64,000 nt of DNA from Candidatus Heimdallarchaeum endolithica. Its GTDB lineage: Archaea; Asgardarchaeota; Heimdallarchaeia; Heimdallarchaeales; Heimdallarchaeaceae. Position 1 is the first letter of the stretch; each line of letters opens with the position of its first letter. The stretch is from the NCBI GenBank assembly GCA_021513715.1, contig CP084167.1, forward strand, positions 3,262,784 to 3,326,783, given 5' to 3'. The notes below the pieces were generated by a model that had not been told where the DNA came from, searched no databases, and saw only the letters and a list, made by a program, of their open reading frames with translations. This document shows, piece by piece, positions 52,460 through 61,988 of this stretch. Position numbers and translations under genes: made by a program.

Positions 52460-54586
52460 ATGACTAGAGACAGAAAAGAGACCGACATTACTAAATTCAA
52501 TAATGATGATACAAAAAATAGAAGTGGAAAGGAGCAAGTATTAGAAAAAGAAGAACCTCTTTTAGATATTTCATTCAATGATACTTCAGAAATTTCTGTT
52601 CCTCCGAGACTAATTGATCAAGTGATTGGTCAAGATGAAGCTGTTGAAATAATAAAAAAGGCTGCTTTGCAAAAAAGGCATATTATGCTCATTGGAGATC
52701 CTGGAACAGGAAAGAGTATGTTAGGTCAAGCAATGGCAGAACTTTTACCTAAAGAAGATCTTGTAGATATTCTCTGTTTACCTAATCCTAAATATCCTAA
52801 TCAACCTAGAATTGCTACCCTTCCAGCAGGACATGGAACAAGAAAAGTTCAAATGGATACTGAGTTGGCAAGAAAAAAAGGTAACAAAAGGTTTGTCGTT
52901 TCTTTAATTATTTTAATCGCAATAATTGGTTACGCTATTATTGCTACATCTTCTAGACCAGATTTACAACCTCAAACTCTTTTAATGGCAATGTTTGTAG
53001 GGTTCTTCATATTCTTCATGCTAAATCAATCAAGATCAAGACCAGAAGCACTAATACCAAAATTACTAGTGGATAATAGTAATAGTAAAAGAGCACCATT
53101 CAATGATGCAACAGGAAGCCACGCAGGAGCACTTCTTGGTGATGTACGTCACGATCCTTTTCAATCTTTCTTTTATACAAATAACTTATTGTTGAAATAT
53201 TCAAATAAATCGTTATATAAATCCTTTTCTGAGTTGGTGGATAAATTATTTATTGAAGAAGGTAGAATAGTTGAAAAAGATAAAAAAAGAAACTACGAGG
53301 CTGTGATATTAAAAAGAGGAGAACTAAAAGTACTATCAGATAATAATGGTAAACTTTCGTTTGTTAATGTTTTATCTGTAAACAGATATGATTATGATGG
53401 AAATTTAATCAAAATAACTACAGAGTGTGGAAAATCTATTATTACTACTCCAGAGCACAAGATAGCGATTATTGATGAAAATCAGGGGATTAAATATATT
53501 AAAGCTATAGATATTACTATGGACAATAAATTACTTTCAACTGATTCAGTTATTTTGGATGAAGAAGATATAATTAAGACATATCCAAAGAAACATCAAA
53601 AACAAGCTTTCTTATATAAACGTTATTTAGAAGTTAAAGAGCAACATCCTGATTGGGGTTATAAAAAAATAAGTTTATCTCTTTCACAAAAAGAGAGTAA
53701 ATGCAGATGGTGGCATAATGGAAAGCATTTACCAATCGCTATTAAAGCAGTAAATATGTTAAAAGAAAAAGGATTAATTCCATTGACATTACAAAATCCT
53801 AAATTACCTGTTATTAGTCGGGTTATAGGTAGCTTATTTGGTGATGGCGGAATATTCACAAATTTAAATGCAATATTTTTGTCTAGTAAAGAATTGGATT
53901 CAGTGAAAGAATTTGGAAAAGATTTAGCATGCATTTTTGGTGAAAATATTAGTCAAAACTCTAGAATTATTGAAGGAGGAGAAAAAGGTCATTCTTGGTG
54001 CTATCAGAACACTAATCGTTCAGTTATTCGCTTTTTCATGGCTTTAGGAGCACCAATAGGAAATAAAACAAAACTTGAATTTCATATTCCTGCTTGGATA
54101 TACTCCAATGAAGATTTACAAGATGAGTTTTTTGGATCTTATTTAGGTGGAGAGCTAGGTGTCCCAATAGTTCATAAGAAAGGACGATTTCTAAACACAC
54201 TAGATGTTGGGATCACAGCCGATGAACATACTTTTAATAATAGATACATGTTTTTGGAAGCAGTTCGAGATTATTTAAATTCAAAAGGAATAAAAACCAA
54301 TTCTATATCAAAAAGAAGTATAAAGGAAAATAAGTATCTTGTTCGACTTTTGATTTCGACTAAATATGAAAATCTTATGCAATTTACTAAAAATGTAAAA
54401 TTAAAATATTGTATGTATAAAACAGAAAAATTACTGAATACACTTGATGAGTTTACTTCAATTAAATACAATCGTTACAAAGAGCTTACTGAAAGTGATA
54501 TTGGAGCTGAAAGAGCAATGCAATTACTTAACTTATCTCCACGAGCTTTATACTATATTATCTCTCAAATGGAGGAGAAGGCATAA
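52460..54586 (+). CDS. lonB: Archaeal LonB protease N-terminal part (aa 1-235) fused to intein N-fragment with LAGLIDADG endonuclease
   Basis: LIDQVIGQ, Walker A GDPGTGKS, two TMs, [13 protein letters not shown] followed by intein. Confidence 0.93.
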   Translation: MTRDRKETDITKFNNDDTKNRSGKEQVLEKEEPLLDISFNDTSEISVPPRLIDQVIGQDEAVEIIKKAALQKRHIMLIGDPGTGKSMLGQAMAELLPKEDLVDILCLPNPKYPNQPRIATLPAGHGTRKVQMDTELARKKGNKRFVVSLIILIAIIGYAIIATSSRPDLQPQTLLMAMFVGFFIFFMLNQSRSRPEALIPKLLVDNSNSKRAPFNDATGSHAGALLGDVRHDPFQSFFYTNNLLLKYSNKSLYKSFSELVDKLFIEEGRIVEKDKKRNYEAVILKRGELKVLSDNNGKLSFVNVLSVNRYDYDGNLIKITTECGKSIITTPEHKIAIIDENQGIKYIKAIDITMDNKLLSTDSVILDEEDIIKTYPKKHQKQAFLYKRYLEVKEQHPDWGYKKISLSLSQKESKCRWWHNGKHLPIAIKAVNMLKEKGLIPLTLQNPKLPVISRVIGSLFGDGGIFTNLNAIFLSSKELDSVKEFGKDLACIFGENISQNSRIIEGGEKGHSWCYQNTNRSVIRFFMALGAPIGNKTKLEFHIPAWIYSNEDLQDEFFGSYLGGELGVPIVHKKGRFLNTLDVGITADEHTFNNRYMFLEAVRDYLNSKGIKTNSISKRSIKENKYLVRLLISTKYENLMQFTKNVKLKYCMYKTEKLLNTLDEFTSIKYNRYKELTESDIGAERAMQLLNLSPRALYYIISQMEEKA
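53165..54586 (+). mobile_element. Intein N-fragment (473 aa) with homing endonuclease
   Basis: Begins at Ser after DPFQ (known Lon intein site); block B TPEH; LAGLIDADG-like IGSLFGDGG and FGSYLGGEL; ends at a stop codon. Confidence 0.9.
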
Positions 54587-54702
54587 TGAAATACATACCA
54601 TCTAAAGTTAAAAATATAGAAAAAATTCCTTTCAAGGGCAAATTGTATAACATTACGACTGAGACAGGTACAGTTGTAGCTAATGATATTCTCTGTTCTA
54701 AC
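54586..54702 (+). mobile_element. Intein C-fragment (39 aa)
   Basis: [39 protein letters not shown] followed by +1 Ser (SGGLGTP): blocks F and G. Confidence 0.9.
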
Positions 54703-55968
54703 TCTGGTGGGTTAGGTACTCCTCCTCATGAAAGAGTAGAGGCTGGGTTAATTCATAAATCTCATAATGGCGTGTTATATATTGATGAGATTGGTACTTT
54801 AAAGATACAAACCCAACAAAAACTTCTTACAGCAATGCAAGATGGAAAGCTATCAATTACTGGTCAATCAGAGTTAAGTTCTGGTGCAATGGTTCGTTCT
54901 GAGCCTGTTCCTTGTAGATTTGTTTTAGTTGCTGCAGGAAATATTGAAACTACACGTAATATGCATCCTGCTCTTCGATCTCGTATTCAAGGTTCTGGTT
55001 ATGAAATTTATATGAGAGATACTATGCCTGATACAATTCAAAATCGTCGTAAATTAGCTCGTTTTGTTGCTCAAGAAATAGCTAAAGATAAAAAGATTCC
55101 CCATTTCAGCAAAGAAGCAGTAGAAGAAATTATTTATGAAGCACAAAGAAGAGCAGATAGAAAAGGATACTTGACTCTCCGTCTTCGAGAGCTTGGTGGT
55201 TTGATTCGTGCAGCAGGAGATCTAGCTAAAGAAAGAAATGAGGAAATTGTTTCTGCAGAAACAGTAAGGCTGGCTAAAACTTTTGCTAGGACTTTAGAAA
55301 ACCAAATAAGTGATAGCTATGCTGATAGAAGGAAACAATACAAAATTATAGAAATTGAGGGAGAAAGAGTAGGAAGAGTAAATGGATTAGCAGTAATCAA
55401 TCAACGCTCAGGAATAGTTATGCCAATAGAAGCAGAAGTTGTTCATGCATTCAGTCAGAGGGAAGGAAAAATTGTAGCAACAGGACAATTGAGAATAATA
55501 GCTAGAGAAGCAGTACAAAATGTATCTGCTATTTTAAAGAAGTTTATTGGAAAAGATATTTCAAACTTTGATTATCACATCCAATTTGTGGGCGCATATA
55601 GTGGCGTAGAAGGAGATTCTGCATCAATCTCGATAGCTACAGCTGTTATTTCAGCATCTGAGAAAGTTCCAGTTAGGCAAGATACAGCAATGACTGGAAG
55701 CTTAACAGTAAGAGGAGTTGTAATCCCTGTTGGAGGGGTAACAAGTAAAATTGAAGCAGCAGCAGAAGCAGGAATAAAAAGAGTAATTATTCCTAAACAG
55801 AATTTAGGTGATGTGAAAATAGAGAAAAAGTATCTAGACAAAATAAAAATTATACCAGTTGAACATTTCAGTGAAGTTCTGAGAGAAGCTTTTCCTCTAG
55901 AATATGAATATGTAGCTAAAAAGTATGAAACCTTAAATAAAGAAAAACCAATCAATGGTCTAAAATAA
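54586..55968 (+). CDS. lonB: Intein C-fragment plus LonB C-terminal part (Walker B, protease domain)
   Basis: [31 protein letters not shown], catalytic VEGDSAS and VTSKIEAA. Confidence 0.93.
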   Translation: MKYIPSKVKNIEKIPFKGKLYNITTETGTVVANDILCSNSGGLGTPPHERVEAGLIHKSHNGVLYIDEIGTLKIQTQQKLLTAMQDGKLSITGQSELSSGAMVRSEPVPCRFVLVAAGNIETTRNMHPALRSRIQGSGYEIYMRDTMPDTIQNRRKLARFVAQEIAKDKKIPHFSKEAVEEIIYEAQRRADRKGYLTLRLRELGGLIRAAGDLAKERNEEIVSAETVRLAKTFARTLENQISDSYADRRKQYKIIEIEGERVGRVNGLAVINQRSGIVMPIEAEVVHAFSQREGKIVATGQLRIIAREAVQNVSAILKKFIGKDISNFDYHIQFVGAYSGVEGDSASISIATAVISASEKVPVRQDTAMTGSLTVRGVVIPVGGVTSKIEAAAEAGIKRVIIPKQNLGDVKIEKKYLDKIKIIPVEHFSEVLREAFPLEYEYVAKKYETLNKEKPINGLK

Positions 55969-55971
55969 CCT

Positions 55972-56301
55972 GTGAGGAAAATGAGTTCAGCAGGTTACTT
56001 TTTTTATTTATGTTCAATCACAGTGAAACCTAATGATGAAGAGCAGTATGAAGATTTCAGTGAGTTTGATATGCATTTACATTTAGTGCAAGAAGAGTTA
56101 GAAAAAAAAGAACCTTCTCGAGAACCTTTTTTAGAAACTATATTTTTCCTTCCAGATTGGGTAGAAATGAATTTTAAGTTTAAAAGTTCTTACAAAGATG
56201 GTGATGAAGACATATACATGTATATAGATTTAGTAAAAGAGGAAATAGAGAGTGAACTTAATGTTACAATTGTAGATTTCGGAATCGAAGGAATTGTCTG
56301 A
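55972..56301 (+). CDS. Acidic hypothetical protein
   Basis: 109-aa ORF directly after lonB. Confidence 0.55.
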   Translation: MRKMSSAGYFFYLCSITVKPNDEEQYEDFSEFDMHLHLVQEELEKKEPSREPFLETIFFLPDWVEMNFKFKSSYKDGDEDIYMYIDLVKEEIESELNVTIVDFGIEGIV

Positions 56302-56365
56302 TATTTACTTTCTGAGAATAGAAATTAAAAATAAAGGTAAATGAGAAAAGGAATTCATTTTTAAC

Positions 56366-57409
56366 TTATTTCATAACTATGTATATTTCTGTTTGACAAT
56401 TGTTACATCGACCATCTAGAGAGATCCTTAATACTTCTGTAGTAGTTGAACTACGTTTAATTAAGAGTTGTCCACACTTTGGACAACTTGTATTGTTTTC
56501 TGGGTGATCAGGAATTCCATGAATATAACAGAAATTAATTCCTGCTTCTTTCGCCATTTTAAAGGCTTCTTCCATTAAATCTTTGGATGTAGGTTGTAAA
56601 TCTTTTACTTTATATGCAGGTTTTAACCTTTCTAAATGTAAAGGTATATCAGGTGAAATTTCAGTAGCAAGGAAGTGAGCTAATGCTCCTGCACTGATTT
56701 CATTATTTATATTCTTTTCATGAATTATAAGACTGACTTCAAGATGAGTTCCATGCTCATATATCAGTTTCATAATTTTCTTTATGTGCTCAAAATTTCC
56801 TCCTCCACAGTTTCGAAGGTAGTCGTCGTTGTCTAGTCCTTTGACTTCAATTGCTACAGCATCAACATATTCTAATATCTCTTTGAAAGGTTCCTCATTG
56901 AAATATCCGTTTGTTCTGAGTAGGATTTTCATTTTTTTCTCTTTTGCAATTTTTGCAGTATCTCTAACCCATTCAAAAGATACTAAAGGTTCAGAATCAC
57001 CAAAAACCATGACTCTAGATCCAGAAGCAAGACCGAACATCGCTGCTTGTTCTGGTGGATATTTCTTTCCTGAAATCGTTTCTGGTTCAACTTGAGAAAT
57101 ATCAGAAACTGGACAGAATACACAATCTAAGTTACAATTATAAGTCATAAATGTTTGAGCTCTTGAATTAGGGAAGAAGTGAAGAACATGTTGCTTCTCA
57201 ATTCTATTGATCTGCATCTTTGTAAAACCATAAGTTAAAGAATATAACTTTCCAGAAATATTCATTCTGGCTTTACATTTACCCTTTTCTTTATGTCCAA
57301 GTTCACATTCAAAAGGACATAGAGTACATTTGATTATTTGTTGCTCTTCATCAATTACTTGATAATATTCTGCTTCATGAAGTAATTCAGCGTTCATTAA
57401 AATCAACAA
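56366..57409 (-). CDS. Radical SAM enzyme, divergent AmmeMemoRadiSam (AmrS)-like paralogue
   Basis: CTLCPFEC, CNLDCVFC, TNGY, C-terminal CPKC..CNNC. Confidence 0.82.
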   Translation of the reverse strand: MLILMNAELLHEAEYYQVIDEEQQIIKCTLCPFECELGHKEKGKCKARMNISGKLYSLTYGFTKMQINRIEKQHVLHFFPNSRAQTFMTYNCNLDCVFCPVSDISQVEPETISGKKYPPEQAAMFGLASGSRVMVFGDSEPLVSFEWVRDTAKIAKEKKMKILLRTNGYFNEEPFKEILEYVDAVAIEVKGLDNDDYLRNCGGGNFEHIKKIMKLIYEHGTHLEVSLIIHEKNINNEISAGALAHFLATEISPDIPLHLERLKPAYKVKDLQPTSKDLMEEAFKMAKEAGINFCYIHGIPDHPENNTSCPKCGQLLIKRSSTTTEVLRISLDGRCNNCQTEIYIVMK

Positions 57410-57524
57410 TATTGATTAATTTGTTTTGTTTTTTAAATTTTTATATTGATTCGATTGTTGAATTAAACAAAGATAAAGAAAAATAAATTTAAAATTTACA
57501 AATACTAAGTTATAAAGAAGTAAA

Positions 57525-58655
57525 GTGTTCTTACGAAGAGATGCAGTTGAAGTTTGGTCAAATACAGAGCTAGATGAACGTCTGATAAAATATCAACAGA
57601 TTTTCAAGAAAAGAATATTGCCAAGGTATATTCTTGCCAAAAATTTTAAAGTAAAATTTGATGTGAATAACTCAATTACAGAGTTATTAGAACTTCACAA
57701 CGAAAAAAGTGAAGGATTTAGACTCTTTGTTTCTCAAAATCAAGAAAAAACCCCAGAAGAGTTCTATAGTTCTAAAGAAAATAATCAAATAGAAACATCA
57801 GGGCAAAACTACCTAAGATTAAAAGTTGAACTATTGAAAAAAATGATAAAAAACTGTGAATTTTGTGAAAATAAATGTCACGTAGATAGAACGAAAGGAG
57901 AGTTGGGAAGGTGCAAGGTAAATGATAAAGCTTATGTTGCAAGCGCTTTCACTCATTTAGGAGAAGAATCTCCGATTGTTCCTTCTGGAACTATTTTCTT
58001 TTATGGTTGTACAATGAAGTGCGTTTTTTGCCAAAATTACGATATAAGTCAAGAATATTCTCTTAATAGTTTTAGAGGAAGAGAAACATCTCCATATGGT
58101 CTCTCATTAATAATTAGTGATATGGTAAAACAAAAGGTTCGAAATATTAATTTTGTAGGTGGAGAACCAACTCCAAATCTTCATATTATTTTAGAAGCAA
58201 TGGAATTGTCTACAGAGATAATACCCATGTTATGGAATAGTAATATGTACTTAAGTGAAAAAGCGATGAAGATAATCGTAGATATCTTTGATATTTGGTT
58301 ACCAGACATGAAGTATGGTAATAACAAATGCGCAGAGAAATATTCCAAAGTTCAAAATTATTGGCCAACTCTTAAAAGAAATATGAAAATGATTGAAAGT
58401 TTAGGAAGTGGAGAATACATAATTAGACATCTTGTTATGCCAAACCATTTAGAATGTTGCTCTTTTCCAATACTTGAATGGGTTAAAGAAAACTTGAAAA
58501 CATCGCTTGTGAATATTATGGGCCAATATCGACCAATGTACAAAGTGGGTATTGGCAAATATGATGAAATAAATAGAAGACCTGTTTCTGTAGAAATGAG
58601 ACAAGTTAAGGACTATGCAGATAATCTAGGTTTAAGGTGGAGATCTGTTTCTTAA
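57525..58655 (+). CDS. Radical SAM protein, PflX-like
   Basis: CEFCENKC..C, HLGEE..SGTIFF.GCTMKCVFCQN, GGEPTP, RHLVMP, MGQYRP. Confidence 0.88.
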   Translation: MFLRRDAVEVWSNTELDERLIKYQQIFKKRILPRYILAKNFKVKFDVNNSITELLELHNEKSEGFRLFVSQNQEKTPEEFYSSKENNQIETSGQNYLRLKVELLKKMIKNCEFCENKCHVDRTKGELGRCKVNDKAYVASAFTHLGEESPIVPSGTIFFYGCTMKCVFCQNYDISQEYSLNSFRGRETSPYGLSLIISDMVKQKVRNINFVGGEPTPNLHIILEAMELSTEIIPMLWNSNMYLSEKAMKIIVDIFDIWLPDMKYGNNKCAEKYSKVQNYWPTLKRNMKMIESLGSGEYIIRHLVMPNHLECCSFPILEWVKENLKTSLVNIMGQYRPMYKVGIGKYDEINRRPVSVEMRQVKDYADNLGLRWRSVS

Positions 58656-58684
58656 AAACCATTAAAAAAAGGAATAACTGGAGA

Positions 58685-58909
58685 TTATTCAAGTTTTTTA
58701 GAAGCTTTTCTCCACAAGTGTTTTGTAAAAGCTTCTGCATACTCTGCATCGCATAATCTTCCAAATAATTTCATAGAGGATATTTTATAATCTCTTACAG
58801 CCCAAACACCGTAAGCTCCTTAATAAAAATCAAAGAATTTCATTATTTTATCATATTGCTTTGTGATGTCAACGAACCAAGTTGAAGGTAAAACTACATT
58901 ATCAGCATG
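58685..58909 (-). pseudogene. Possible 3' remnant of a truncated gene
   Basis: Reading frame HADNVVLPSTWF...FDFY*GAYGVWAVRDY...KKLE* with one internal stop and no start codon, beginning at the TnpB element boundary. Confidence 0.3.
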
Positions 58910-59066
58910 AGTCTATTTTTTACGTAATTTACAATTGTTGAGGAAGATGTAGAGAGAAAAAAGAGAGGAGAGGAGAGGAGAGAAAGAGAGGGGTTTTTAT
59001 AGGAAAAAAAGTAGAATAAAAAAGAGAAGAACAAACAAAGAAAAGAGGAAAGAAGGAGAGAAGAGA

Positions 59067-60527
59067 ATGATGGAGGACGTCGTCAAAACCTTGAAAATGA
59101 GAATAAAGAACGAGGTGTTGACGACGAGGAAGAAGGAAAGGTTAAGGAGAATAACGGGGAGAGATACAAAAATAATAGAGAAGTATGTGAGAATAATACA
59201 TCACAACAGAAGAAAGATATGTAGAAGAACAAAAAAAGGGAAAATAAGAGTGCATAGAGGAAAATTAGATAAACTGACGCTAACAACTTCAAAAGTTAAA
59301 GAAGAAGAGAAAAGAACAACTGTTCCTCACGATCTGAAGAAAATGTTCCCCTATTGTTCTCACAATGAATTCCAAGAGTGTAGAGATATAGCCGTGCAAC
59401 TATATGAGCAAGGGTATAGACCCCGTTCTACTCGTCCTCCAATAAAGAGAGCAAGAAGACAACTAATTAATGCAAAGAGGTTCATTCTCGTTCATCTACC
59501 TAAAGAGAAGGATAACACTCTCACTCGTTGGTGGGTGGGGATAAGAGACTCGTTAGATACGTGGAAAAGAAACACCCCTTACCACCAGAAACTATGGTTA
59601 CCTTTAGAGATGAGCACTTTCCACCAGAAAGAGTTAAAGAAAGGAAAAATAAAAAGTCTAGAACTAAGATATAAACGTTCTACACGTGAGTGGTGGGTGT
59701 ATTTCCAACTGAGAGTTCTTCCTTCTCCTTCTTTTTATCCTACTAAAGAGAAAAGTTCTTCTTCTCTTCCCCCAGCTGTGCTGGGAATAGATCTAGGGAT
59801 AAACATTCCTGCTACAGGAGTGCTTCTAACCCCTAAAAATAAATTAACAAACAAAGAGATAAAATTCTGGTATACCAAACAGTGGAATAAAGTCAATCAT
59901 CGATATAAACTCAAACTTTCCCGTCTTCAGAGGAAAGCAGCTTTAAACGACCAGTCGGGTAAAAAACACCAAATTTACCGTTTTCTCGGTCTTCTTCGAA
60001 AAAGATATAGAAACGTTAAACGGGCGTATATTCACCAATTTATAAACGACGTCGTGCAGATGATAGAGACCTATGCTCGAATGTATGACCTTTTCGTCGT
60101 CGTAGGTTACCCCAAAAATGTTAGAAAAGGAAAAGAAAAAGGGAAAGGTAAAAGTACTCGTTATTTTCGTAGAAAACTTTACCAGTGGAATTTTTCTTTA
60201 GTTCTTTCTCTTCTCCGTCGAGCATTGATATTAAGAGGTTTTGCTCCTCACCGCATTCTCACTTTAGACGAAAGAGGAACATCTTCCCACTGTTCTCGTT
60301 GTGGAAAAGAAGTTTCTCGTCCCGTCAGAGGATTAATACACTGTCCCTTTTGTAACTATACTTACCACTCTGATTTAACAGGAGCTAGAAATATTGCTCG
60401 TAAATTCCTTAGTCATCTTTTTCGTCCCCGTACTACAACTATTACTGATTATTTTACTGGTCAAAAGTTTAGTCTTACGCATTATACTGTTTGCCGAGGA
60501 CTCAGCCATTGGTTGCAGTCCCAGTAG
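59067..60527 (+). CDS. tnpB: TnpB RNA-guided endonuclease with rearranged RuvC-II
   Basis: RuvC-I LGIDLG (D242), VVVGYP (G347 in place of the canonical E), LDERGTS (E402), Zn finger CSRC..CPFC, RuvC-III HSDLTGARNI (D436). Confidence 0.9.
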   Translation: MMEDVVKTLKMRIKNEVLTTRKKERLRRITGRDTKIIEKYVRIIHHNRRKICRRTKKGKIRVHRGKLDKLTLTTSKVKEEEKRTTVPHDLKKMFPYCSHNEFQECRDIAVQLYEQGYRPRSTRPPIKRARRQLINAKRFILVHLPKEKDNTLTRWWVGIRDSLDTWKRNTPYHQKLWLPLEMSTFHQKELKKGKIKSLELRYKRSTREWWVYFQLRVLPSPSFYPTKEKSSSSLPPAVLGIDLGINIPATGVLLTPKNKLTNKEIKFWYTKQWNKVNHRYKLKLSRLQRKAALNDQSGKKHQIYRFLGLLRKRYRNVKRAYIHQFINDVVQMIETYARMYDLFVVVGYPKNVRKGKEKGKGKSTRYFRRKLYQWNFSLVLSLLRRALILRGFAPHRILTLDERGTSSHCSRCGKEVSRPVRGLIHCPFCNYTYHSDLTGARNIARKFLSHLFRPRTTTITDYFTGQKFSLTHYTVCRGLSHWLQSQ

Positions 60528-60691
60528 ACAAAAAGAAAGATAATTTCTCTATTTTAGGGCTAGTTATTCTTTCTTTTTTGTCTCTCGTGGAGTGAAGAGA
60601 ACATCTTCTCTTCTTTATGATTCCCCCGATTCGTGTATGACGTCTGCCTTAATCCTTCTTCTTTCATTGTATGTTAGGATTAAGTTCTCAA
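60495..60691 (+). ncRNA. Putative omega-RNA scaffold overlapping the tnpB 3' end
   Basis: Consecutive hairpins at 60498-521, 60527-582, 60594-613 and 60648-684, followed by TCAA (60688-91). Confidence 0.55.
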
Positions 60692-60763
60692 GAAACTAAT
60701 AATTCTCTATCTTTGTTTTTTTCTTGAAAGACTAAGTTCGACAAACTTCGCAAAAAGTAAATC

Positions 60764-61820
60764 ATGTGCTTTGGTCTTATCTACTCCAGTTACAGTTGTA
60801 ACAGCTATTACAAGAGCAACAAAAAAAGGAGTATTAATAAAAGGAGGAAGGTATTTAGAAGCCTTATCCTCGATAAACACACTCGCCATTGATAAGACTG
60901 GTACATTAACACTAGGAAAAATAAAAGTTTACAAAGTTGAACTATATGATGGGTATACTGAAGAAAGGGTTTTAGAGATAGCTTCAAGTCTTGAAACTCA
61001 TTCAGAACATCTGATTGCTAAAGCAATTATTGAATATGCTAGCAAAAGAAACATAGAAAACCTTTCTTTTGATGAAGTAGAAATAATTCCAGGAAAAGGA
61101 ATTAAAGGTAAAAAGAGAGGAAAAACATATTCGATAGGTAATGATGCTTTAGTTAATGAAATATTGGGTTCTTCTGATAGTCAATCTTGCGATGAAAATG
61201 AAAGTGTTGTTAGTTATATTCTGGAAGACAAAAAAATTATTGCCCATATTCACATGAGTGACGAGTTAAGGCCAGAAACAAAGAGTGTTATTAAAGAAAT
61301 AAAGGAACTAGGAATAAGGAATATTATTATGCTAACTGGAGACAATGAGAGTGTAGCAAGTTCAATAGCAAAAGAATTATCAATTGAATATGATGCAGAA
61401 TTACTTCCAGAAGATAAGGTTAAAGCTGTAAAAGAGCTAAAGCAGAAATATGGAAACGTTGCAATGATAGGAGACGGAATAAATGATGCTCCTGCATTAG
61501 CTTTAGCTGATGTGAGCATATCAATGGGTTCAGCTGGAACTGCAGTTGCAATAGAAACATCAGACATAGTGTTATCATCAGATAATTTGAAAAATTTGCC
61601 TTATTTGATAAAACTAAGCAAGAAAACAAAAGGAATAATTCGAACAAATATAACTATCGCGTTGATAATAAAACTAGTATTTTTCATCTTAGTGTTTTTT
61701 GGAATAGCAATATTGTGGTTGGCTGTTTTACTTGGAGATGTGGGCGCTTCTTTAATCGTTATTAGTTTGGCTATGACTGTAGGACTTGAAAAGAAACTAA
61801 AAAGAAAAAAGAATGACTAA
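60764..61820 (+). pseudogene. 5'-truncated P1B heavy-metal P-type ATPase (ZntA/CadA-like)
   Basis: Begins mid-CPC motif (CALVLSTP); has DKTGT, MLTGD, GDGINDAP; lacks the N-terminal TMs and the A-domain. Confidence 0.85.
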
Positions 61821-61988
61821 CAAAGCTTTTTTCTTCCTTTTTCTAATATTTATTTTCTAAATATTAAATTAATAAAGGATTTTCTTTTTAAACTATTAAC
61901 AAAAGCAAAAAATTAATTTCATAATTTTTTTGAATTTGAAAAATCCTCAATACAAAATAATACAAAGAATTTTTCTATTTAAATACAA

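Larger units (their letters stand above)
58910..60762 (+). mobile_element. TnpB-only element (no transposase); boundaries approximate
   Basis: tnpB ORF, atypical composition, structured 3' region, truncated genes on both sides. Confidence 0.7.

Noticed and set aside
54532-54590. Programmed -1 frameshift joining the lonB ORFs
   Set aside because: No X-XXY-YYZ slippery heptamer is seen, and the SD plus TAATG overlap favours reinitiation. An assembly indel is still not excluded.
47648-58655. TldD/PmbA plus radical SAM plus ABC exporters as a RiPP cluster
   Set aside because: No precursor peptide, YcaO or SPASM domain; the genes are interspersed with housekeeping functions in mixed orientation.
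58950-59066. (GAGAG)n tract as a CRISPR or tandem array
   Set aside because: Low-complexity purine run with no repeat-spacer structure; no CRISPR array or cas genes were seen in the window.
60707-60889. Minus-strand 60-aa ORF at the tnpB/ATPase junction
   Set aside because: Antisense to the ATPase remnant, with no coding features.
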